This document shows, in pieces, positions 6,883-12,944 of a DNA stretch of 12,944 bases. Positions within the stretch are counted from its first letter, which is position 1. Every line of letters begins with the position of its first letter. The stretch is from Chthonomonadales bacterium. GTDB taxonomy: Bacteria > Armatimonadota > Chthonomonadetes > Chthonomonadales > Chthonomonadaceae. Below the pieces are notes generated by a model that was not told where the DNA came from, did no database searches, and saw only the letters and a program-made list of their open reading frames with translations. Location of the stretch: positions 1 to 12,944 of the forward strand of contig JBBQPO010000179.1 of assembly GCA_038217285.1 (NCBI GenBank), given 5' to 3'. A program made the translations under genes and the position numbers.

Positions 6883-7284
6883 CTACGACGCTCGGGGCTT
6901 GCGCGTCAACTGGCACGCGGAAACTATCCACCACATCAACATAAACTGGAGCGGCAGACGCACCAGCAGCACAGTCGATGTCAGATCCCAGGCGTGAGAC
7001 TGCGCCTGCCGCCAGAACATAAATATATTGACGGGAAAGACCGCGATCAACAGCGCGATTAGACCGATGCCTGCGGCGCGCCGGACACGGGGTATCAAGA
7101 CGCCCACGCCGCCGAGCAGTTCGAAGACTCCGCTGATCAGTATCAGCGCGTAGGGCGCGGGGAAGAGAGGCGGCATGACCTTCAGGAACGGCTCGGGTTT
7201 GGCGAAATGCAGCACACCCATCCCGCAGAAAAGCAGCGCAATCAAGATTCGAGAAAGGGACAGGCGTGAAGCTCGGGACGACAT
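6883..7284 (-). CDS. DoxX-like family membrane protein, 133 aa
   Basis: GVLHF..PEPF...MPP..P, SGVFELLGGVGVLIP..RR.AG, AVFPVNI and RLPLQ; about four TM segments. Confidence 0.85.
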   Translation of the reverse strand: MSSRASRLSLSRILIALLFCGMGVLHFAKPEPFLKVMPPLFPAPYALILISGVFELLGGVGVLIPRVRRAAGIGLIALLIAVFPVNIFMFWRQAQSHAWDLTSTVLLVRLPLQFMLMWWIVSACQLTRKPRAS

Positions 7285-7363
7285 GGGCGGCTGGTTCTCT
7301 CCTCTGTTTCCGCGATCATCGCGTTTCGATGGCGTTGTCGTTTCATTCGGGACGAGGCCGCGA

Positions 7364-8242
7364 TTATCCTCTTGACGGCTCGACCGGATCGACCTGCGCT
7401 GTGGGGTGTGGTCGGAGGGCTGCTACGCTGTCGATAAAATCCAGGTAGCGCCCCGCATGCGGCGGCATCTCGGCAGGAAGGTTCACCCCACGGGCGGCGA
7501 GCAGTGGCGTCAGGCTCTCCATACGGGCGACCAGATCGTGGAGCAGACGGGTTTTGGCCGTGGGAGTTGCGTGAGGGGGAGCGTTCTCCAGCATCCATGC
7601 AGGAGAGTGTCCTACGAAACGTTCGCAGTCCGACAGCGGGGCCAGCACCCACTGCAGCAGCCCCCTTTTTTCTTCGAACGGCGAGCGGCCGACATACTTC
7701 GCAGTGATCAGCGCCATGACCCAGAAGAACTGCACGGCGCGGGCAGCCGCCTCTTCGGGGGAAATCTCCGGTACAGGCTGATAGCCGAAGGCAGGCGGGT
7801 TTTCGGCAGCAGGAATGCCGACGCGGTCGAACAGCAGACGGGAGTGCGGCGGCACAGAAGCGCCCTGGAGCGGTCGCCAGTAACAGTCTACGGTGTGCGG
7901 CCCGACCGGGGCCGCGTAGACCGCCATATTGTAAGCGCCGCCGGGAGGAGCGTTCTGCGGCGCTTCCTGCACCAGCAGCAACGCACCCATGCGTTCCAGA
8001 AAGGCGTAGCGCGCGTCGAGGACGTCTGCCAGATGCGCGTCCTGGACGACAAAGACGATGTCGATGTCGCTCAACTCGTCCTCGTCTCCCCGGCCCAGAG
8101 ACCCGAAGAGCCACGCCGCGACAATCCGCTCGTCGCCTTCGGCCGCCTTATGAAGGTTCTGTAGCAAAGTGTCTCGTTCGGAACTGTAACTCTCCAGCGC
8201 TCCGCGGTGTGCGCCTGCGATGAGGGCGAGGGAAGAGGACAT
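7364..8242 (-). CDS. Pol-beta superfamily nucleotidyltransferase with helical C-terminal domain, 292 aa
   Basis: AAWLFGSLGRGDEDELSDIDIVFVV (GS + DxD) and a candidate third carboxylate in TVDCYW. AAGGAG SD before ATG 8242. Confidence 0.85.
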   Translation of the reverse strand: MSSSLALIAGAHRGALESYSSERDTLLQNLHKAAEGDERIVAAWLFGSLGRGDEDELSDIDIVFVVQDAHLADVLDARYAFLERMGALLLVQEAPQNAPPGGAYNMAVYAAPVGPHTVDCYWRPLQGASVPPHSRLLFDRVGIPAAENPPAFGYQPVPEISPEEAAARAVQFFWVMALITAKYVGRSPFEEKRGLLQWVLAPLSDCERFVGHSPAWMLENAPPHATPTAKTRLLHDLVARMESLTPLLAARGVNLPAEMPPHAGRYLDFIDSVAALRPHPTAQVDPVEPSRG

Positions 8243-8254
8243 GATTTCTCCTTA

Positions 8255-8282
8255 AACCGGTGCAGAACCGGTGCAGAACCGG
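8255..8282. repeat. Tandem 11-bp repeat AACCGGTGCAG, 2.5 copies
   Basis: Copies at 8255-8265, 8266-8276 and 8277-8282 (partial), directly upstream of the nucleotidyltransferase SD. Confidence 0.85.
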
Positions 8283-8375
8283 CGCGACAGTCGCGATAGT
8301 GAAGAGGTGTCCAGGATCGATGCCGGCCCGCCGGGTGAAATACTTTCGGAGAATATGTCGCTGCCGGGGATGCCG

Positions 8376-8408
8376 TTGCTAAACGCGCCGCGCATTGTTG
8401 TATAATGG
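8376..8408 (+). promoter_or_regulatory. Probable promoter for the HEAT/SEC-C gene pair
   Basis: TATAAT at 8401-8406. TTGCTA at 8376-8381 gives a long 19-nt spacer, so the -35 assignment is uncertain. Confidence 0.5.
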
Positions 8409-8455
8409 TATTCAAACCCATTCCGGCCATTCTAGGCCGTCAGGAGATCTATCCG

Positions 8456-9409
8456 ATGCCGCCACCCTTACGCGAACTGCGCCTTAAATCGAAGCCGAAA
8501 CATAAGAAGGCTCCGAAGCCCGACCTGCCACAGCATCCGCATGCCGCGCCTTACGCCAAACTCTTTCGGCTTGGAGAGGGCGATTTTCCGCCCGTCTATG
8601 AGACGGTGGCAGCCGAGCTCAAGAGTGGCGATGTCGATGCCGCCGTCCGGCAACTGCTGACAATGGTTCAGGACGACACCTACTATGAGTACAACGACGA
8701 GGAGGCGGACGAAGACGACAGCGATCCCCGCAGTTGGACGCGTCTGCACGCTCTCTGTACCCTGACGCTGCTGGGCGAGGCGGCGCGTATAGGCATTGAG
8801 CCGTTGCTCTCACTGCTCGACGATGACGATGACTATGTCCAGGAGGAGGCACCGTTCTACTATGCCGCCATGGGGGAACCCGCCATTGAACCGTTGACGA
8901 AGGCGCTGATGGACGCGGATGCGGACACCTACTATCGCGCCGGAGCAGGATCCGCGCTGGCCGAGCTGGGTGAACAGCATCCGGAGCTGCGGGACCGGGT
9001 CATCGGTATTGTGGAACAGGCCCTGGTGCTCGAGCAAGAGGACAAAGCCACCGTAGGGTTGTTGATTACCAACCTGCTCGATCTGGGCGCACGCGAATCG
9101 ATAGCGATCATCGAAAAGGCGTTTGCCGAGCAGCGGGTCGATCTCTCAATCGTCCAGATGCCGGAGGTTGAAGAGCATTTCGGGATGCCCGTCGTGACGC
9201 CCTATATCGACTGGACCAAGCTGGCGGAGTCTCGAGGAGATGAGGACAACGACTACGAAGACTGGTCCGACGAGGAGTCGATATTCGCTCCGGAGGAGGA
9301 CGAGCCCAGAGAAGTCCAGATTCCCTTCCTCGCCGAGTTCAAGGCCGGAAGGAACGATCCCTGCCCCTGCGGGAGCGGCAAGAAATACAAAAAGTGCTGC
9401 GGAGCCTGA
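8456..9409 (+). CDS. HEAT-like repeat protein with C-terminal SEC-C metal-binding motif (possibly DUF1186-like), 317 aa
   Basis: C-terminal [23 protein letters not shown]-like units [20 protein letters not shown] and AIEPLTKAL......[13 protein letters not shown], with acidic linkers. AGGAG SD at 8442-8446 before ATG 8456. Confidence 0.9.
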   Translation: MPPPLRELRLKSKPKHKKAPKPDLPQHPHAAPYAKLFRLGEGDFPPVYETVAAELKSGDVDAAVRQLLTMVQDDTYYEYNDEEADEDDSDPRSWTRLHALCTLTLLGEAARIGIEPLLSLLDDDDDYVQEEAPFYYAAMGEPAIEPLTKALMDADADTYYRAGAGSALAELGEQHPELRDRVIGIVEQALVLEQEDKATVGLLITNLLDLGARESIAIIEKAFAEQRVDLSIVQMPEVEEHFGMPVVTPYIDWTKLAESRGDEDNDYEDWSDEESIFAPEEDEPREVQIPFLAEFKAGRNDPCPCGSGKKYKKCCGA

Positions 9410-9446
9410 ACGACGGCTCTTTACACCCGATGAAGCGAGCAAAACG

Positions 9447-10094
9447 ATGCAGCGAGTACCGACTTTAATATTGGCGGTAGGATTGGGGCTTCTGATCGCC
9501 GGAGGAAGCGAAAGCGCGCAGACGTTCACGGTGCCGCCCGTGTCCTTTTTCGTCGCGATCGTCTTATGTACGAGCGTGGCAGGCGGTGTCTGGCTGTATC
9601 GGGCTTTGCGTGGGTGGAATGATCGCAGCCAGCTCCAACGGAGCCTGCGCGATACCTCTGAATTTGCCGGGGAGTGGATTCCCATGCTCTACGGGGACTA
9701 CACGCCTTATGTGGTGGAGGCGGCGGAAAAGCTGGGCGCCGCGCGTGAAACAACCGCCCTGCCCGCGCTCATGTATGTCCTGGAACAGACGGTCAACACC
9801 CAGCCTCCCGGCTGGCGCGATAAGGCGGAGGCGCTCGCCGTCGCCCTCGGAAAAATGGGGGATCGACGCGCACTGCCGTTGCTCTACCGCCTGACAAACT
9901 GGCGTGGTATCGGTCTGCTCACTGCGGTGCACGAAGCGATCGGCCGTATCGAGCCGGAGACCAGTCTTCTCCGCGCCGGCTCCGCAGACGATCTGCCGAC
10001 ACAGACTCTGCTGCGCCCCGCCGACTGCGGCCCAGACTCCGATTCCGCCTTACTGCTGCGCTGCGGTCACGCCCCCGACTCCCTCTCGGCCTGA
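9447..10094 (+). CDS. Membrane-anchored HEAT-repeat protein with triple LLR C-terminal tail, 215 aa
   Basis: Two N-terminal hydrophobic segments. HEAT/PBS-lyase-like AAEKLG...ALPALMYVL and ALGKMGDRRALPLL. Tail SLLRAG...TLLRPA...LLLRCG. ATG 9447 chosen because the listed 9240 start overlaps the upstream gene. Confidence 0.8.
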   Translation: MQRVPTLILAVGLGLLIAGGSESAQTFTVPPVSFFVAIVLCTSVAGGVWLYRALRGWNDRSQLQRSLRDTSEFAGEWIPMLYGDYTPYVVEAAEKLGAARETTALPALMYVLEQTVNTQPPGWRDKAEALAVALGKMGDRRALPLLYRLTNWRGIGLLTAVHEAIGRIEPETSLLRAGSADDLPTQTLLRPADCGPDSDSALLLRCGHAPDSLSA

Positions 10095-10144
10095 ACGATT
10101 TTCAGAACGCGACTACCATAACACCATTCTTGTGTCTATCCTGC

Positions 10145-10167
10145 CTTATTGTGTCACTTATTGTGTC
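10145..10167. repeat. Direct repeat CTTATTGTGTC x2 (12-bp period)
   Basis: Copies at 10145-10155 and 10157-10167, with a third core TTGTGTC at 10130-10136. It lies between convergent genes. Confidence 0.8.
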
Positions 10168-10176
10168 CGGTGTTGC

Positions 10177-11679
10177 TCAAGGGGCGCTGAAGGGGGAGTG
10201 CGCGATGGAATACTCCCCCAGGGAGCCGCTGAGGCGGATCAGGTCGATGGACCGCAACGTCGGATGCCCTCCGGGAGCGACCGGGCGGCGGAAAGTCAGG
10301 ACGGCGCAGGAGAAAGGCACACCCTGCGCTTTTTCTAGGTAACGGAACCCGGCCGCGCCGGTCGTGCCCGCGTTGCAGCACACGGTACGCATCGACTGCG
10401 GTAGGTCGGAGGCCGGTTTCGCGTCGATATAGTCCCGGTGTTCGTGTCCGAATAGGATCAGCGGCACGTGATTCCAGAGCGGAATCGCCTCTTCCGGGTC
10501 GTGCACCGCGAGGATATCGGGCGGAGCGGGCAGAGACCGGACGACCTGAAGCAGTTTTTCGCCGTTCGCATGCAGAGCCTCTGTCGTGGCATCGACGCTG
10601 CCGGAGCCCGTGCGGTCGGAGGCCGGATTGGGCAGGCCGAGCAGCGTCACTCCCTGGAAAGTGACGACCTGTCCATTCAGAACGGTCACGTTGGGCGCTG
10701 TGCGCAGGGCGTCGGTGATACTGCGTGAGTCGTGGTTGCCCGCGACAAACAGGTAGGGATAGGGCAGTTTCGCAATCCCCTGCACCATGAAGGTTTCCGG
10801 TGGAATTCCGAAATCGGTCAGGTCCCCGGTATCGACGATAAAGGCCACTTTGAACTGCGCGGCAACGTCGCGAACGAAGTCGAGCGCGGCTGTGTTGTCG
10901 TGCAGGTCGGAGATGTGGAGGACACGGAACGTGTTCGGCCCTTCGTCTGCCGCCGAGCCGTCGGGCAGGGCGGCAATGCGGCCATAGAGCAGGTTGAAGT
11001 TGGCGGCGGCCGTGTGAAGTTTCTGCGAAAGGGCGTCGAAGCGGGTGAAGGCGTCCCGACCGAAGGCGATGACCCACGGGGCCTGCTTCAGCGCGCCGGT
11101 ATAGGTCGGTTTTTCGAAGGCCCGCCCCTGGAAAGTGGTCAGCGCATTCGCCAGAACCAGGCCGACGCACCCGGCTCCGATCAGCGCCCCAGCCAGAATG
11201 GCGCGCGGTCGCCGCCTGCGCATCATCGCCGGGGCAATCAGGCCGCCCACGCTCGCCAGAAGTAGCTGGCGCAGGACGAAATCTCGCAGATCCGCGCGCG
11301 CCGCGCGCTCGAAGTCGCGGGCCAGACTCTCGCGTTTGGCCTCCAGCAGCTTCTTGATCTCCTCGACGCGCACCCCTTGCAGGCTGGCGATCAACACCAC
11401 CGGCGCCGCATGCGTATGTGCCTCGACCGAGCCGAGCGGAGTCAGCACGAGCCGGGTGGCGCCCTGCATGGCCGGCATCAGGCGCAACTCTACCTCGAAG
11501 CCATGCCAGGAGTAGAGTGTGCGCCCGAGCAGGCTGACAGTTACAATCCCCCCCGCAGCCGCCAGCAGCACGAACAGCACGATTGCGACAAACCGCCGGA
11601 GCCTGCGTCTCCAGTACGCTTTCCTGTGGCTTGCCTTCTCCGGGAGGGGACTGTTCGGATCAGCGGTTTGTACGTTGAT
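10177..11679 (-). CDS. Membrane-anchored calcineurin-like metallophosphoesterase (start uncertain: ATC 11679 or GTG 11580)
   Basis: All five motifs are present: HISDLHD, DTGDLTD, AGNHD, AVHDP and GHEH. N-terminal TM segments. The frame stays open upstream of 11580 as far as the TGA at 11710-11712. Confidence 0.85.
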   Translation of the reverse strand: MNVQTADPNSPLPEKASHRKAYWRRRLRRFVAIVLFVLLAAAGGIVTVSLLGRTLYSWHGFEVELRLMPAMQGATRLVLTPLGSVEAHTHAAPVVLIASLQGVRVEEIKKLLEAKRESLARDFERAARADLRDFVLRQLLLASVGGLIAPAMMRRRRPRAILAGALIGAGCVGLVLANALTTFQGRAFEKPTYTGALKQAPWVIAFGRDAFTRFDALSQKLHTAAANFNLLYGRIAALPDGSAADEGPNTFRVLHISDLHDNTAALDFVRDVAAQFKVAFIVDTGDLTDFGIPPETFMVQGIAKLPYPYLFVAGNHDSRSITDALRTAPNVTVLNGQVVTFQGVTLLGLPNPASDRTGSGSVDATTEALHANGEKLLQVVRSLPAPPDILAVHDPEEAIPLWNHVPLILFGHEHRDYIDAKPASDLPQSMRTVCCNAGTTGAAGFRYLEKAQGVPFSCAVLTFRRPVAPGGHPTLRSIDLIRLSGSLGEYSIAHSPFSAP

Positions 11680-11709
11680 CGTCTGCCTCGGTGTCTGGGA
11701 ACCGTCCGG

Positions 11710-12666
11710 TCAGGGAACACGCTCCCCGCGCGCCGCGACCCAGAGCGTGTACCAGTCGGTGCGGCTGAGGGTGATTTTACCCGCTTCCACCGCCTCACGA
11801 ATATGGTCGGGGTTGTTGGTGCCGACGAGGGGAATGATCTGGGCGGGATGGCGCAGCAGCCAGGCGATGGCAAGCTGCGTCGGTGTGGCCCCATCGTAAG
11901 AGGAGGCCATCGTGCGCAGGGCGGTCAGGACGCGCTCGATGCGCTCTCGTCGGGGATGGTCGGCAGGAACTTCGCGTCGTCCCGAAAGCCAGCCGCCTCC
12001 GATAGGGCTGTAGGCCAGCGGCACGATGCCAAGCTCCAGACACTGGTCCAGAACCCCGTCGCCTCCGCCGCCCGCCGCACCTTCGTAGACGGGGTCGAGA
12101 CGCAGGAGCGACAGCGAAATCTGGTTGGAGACAATCGGCACATTGAGAAAACGTTGCAGCGCGAGCACCTGATGCGGATAGTAGTTGGAGACCCCGATCG
12201 CCCGCACCTTGCCTGATTCTACCAGTTCGTCCAGCACCTCGGCGGTCGCCTCCGGATGCGTCAGCGGATCCGGACGGTGAAGCTGGTAGAGATCGACATA
12301 GTCCGTTCCCAGCCGATTCAACGAGCCTTCGATGCTGCGGCGAATATAGTCGGGCTCGTGCTCATAGTATCCGGCGCGAATGCCGACTTTGGTGGCGATG
12401 TAGATCTTTTCCCGGCTGCCAGGCACGGCGGCGAGACAGTCCTTGAAAATGGTTTCGCACCCGGTTCCGCCGTAGATGTCGGCATGATCGTAAAACGTGA
12501 TGCCCGCTTCCAGCGCGGTCTCGAACGTGGCGATGGCCTTGCGGCGGTGTTCCTGTCCGATCTCGGCCGGATTCCAGGTTCCCGCCAGCCCCATGCAGCC
12601 CAGCGCGATGCGCGAAACCGGCACACCGTCCGGCCCGAACGGCTGCATCGGCATTGCAGTTGTCAT
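11710..12666 (-). CDS. Aldo/keto reductase (YdhF/YcsN-like), 318 aa
   Basis: SRIALGCM, GITFYDHADIYG, IATKVG, SLNRLGTDYVDLYQLHRPD, GKVRAIGVSN, AYSPIGGG and QLAIAWLL. AAGGAG SD before ATG 12666. Confidence 0.95.
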   Translation of the reverse strand: MTTAMPMQPFGPDGVPVSRIALGCMGLAGTWNPAEIGQEHRRKAIATFETALEAGITFYDHADIYGGTGCETIFKDCLAAVPGSREKIYIATKVGIRAGYYEHEPDYIRRSIEGSLNRLGTDYVDLYQLHRPDPLTHPEATAEVLDELVESGKVRAIGVSNYYPHQVLALQRFLNVPIVSNQISLSLLRLDPVYEGAAGGGGDGVLDQCLELGIVPLAYSPIGGGWLSGRREVPADHPRRERIERVLTALRTMASSYDGATPTQLAIAWLLRHPAQIIPLVGTNNPDHIREAVEAGKITLSRTDWYTLWVAARGERVP

Positions 12667-12713
12667 ATTCAAACTCCTTGGGTTGCCCGGCAATGAAATC
12701 CCGAGATAACCGG

Positions 12714-12944
12714 TTAAACGCTCTCTTCGGATTTCTGTTTGATGGCCTTGAGGGTGGCTTCGAGGTTGTCGGTCATCTTCTTCTTGATGAGGTTCTTGAC
12801 CATAGGCCCGATCAGCGCGACGTTGTACTCGTACTCGACCGAGGAGTCGAAGCGCGTCTGGTTCTCGCCTTCTGCCGTGAACTGCCAGACGCCAGACATA
12901 CTGTCCATATCCCCGTGCAGCATCGTGAACACATCGCGATGGGC
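12714..12944 (-). CDS. SRPBCC (polyketide cyclase/START-like) family protein, 5' end outside the window
   Basis: GDMDSMSGVWQFTAEGENQTRFDSSVEYEY...IGPMVKNLIKKKMTDNLEATLKAIKQKSE gives two strands plus a long C-terminal helix. The frame is open to the window edge. Confidence 0.8.
   Translation of the reverse strand, partial: AHRDVFTMLHGDMDSMSGVWQFTAEGENQTRFDSSVEYEYNVALIGPMVKNLIKKKMTDNLEATLKAIKQKSEESV

Noticed and set aside
7242-8164. 290-aa minus and 252-aa plus ORFs
   Set aside because: Alternate-frame or antisense overlaps of the nucleotidyltransferase, with Arg/Ala/Pro-rich off-frame composition.
6883-8242. MNT-HEPN toxin-antitoxin pair
   Set aside because: The nucleotidyltransferase is much larger than a minimal MNT and its neighbour is a DoxX-like membrane protein, not a HEPN protein.
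8456-9409. secA
   Set aside because: Only the SEC-C tail is shared; there is no helicase-like motor domain and the protein is far too short.
8255-10167. CRISPR array from the short direct repeats
   Set aside because: Units are 11-12 bp, adjacent, without spacers, and no cas genes are present.
11710-11712. Selenoprotein fusion of aldo/keto reductase and metallophosphoesterase
   Set aside because: The TGA sits at the normal end of this reductase type (..GERVP), is not at a catalytic Cys position, and I saw no convincing SECIS.
10154-12216. 338-aa minus and 279-aa plus ORFs
   Set aside because: They overlap well-supported metallophosphoesterase and aldo/keto reductase genes.

Overview
Gene-dense, GC-rich bacterial chromosomal window, most likely Armatimonadota. 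That assignment is an inference from the style of the prepilin-like gene (AFSLVELLVVIAIVAILAALLFPVFAQAR...SCLTN...YAQDYD) and the RHS and redoxin remnants. Left to right: a decayed RHS/YD fragment; a GrpB-family gene; a frameshifted TlpA/redoxin C-terminal remnant; a prepilin-type protein whose usual C-terminus is replaced by a PHI-1/EXORDIUM-like Cys-rich domain; a Gfo/Idh/MocA oxidoreductase; a minus-strand run (nucleotidyltransferase, DoxX-like, small membrane proteins including a 58-aa gene missing from the ORF track, DUF362, DUF1361); a plus-strand pair of HEAT-like genes, one ending in SEC-C; then a metallophosphoesterase, an aldo/keto reductase and a partial SRPBCC gene. No rRNA, tRNA, CRISPR array or transposase was recognised. 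The most interesting signals are four. (1) The pilin/EXORDIUM-like fusion. (2) A triple-LLR C-terminal tail shared by two unrelated membrane proteins. (3) A perfect 18-bp inverted repeat whose inversion would swap one of those tails in frame. (4) A metallophosphoesterase that seems to need a non-canonical start and lies in frame with the upstream gene's TGA. All family calls come from motif recognition by eye; no database search was run.
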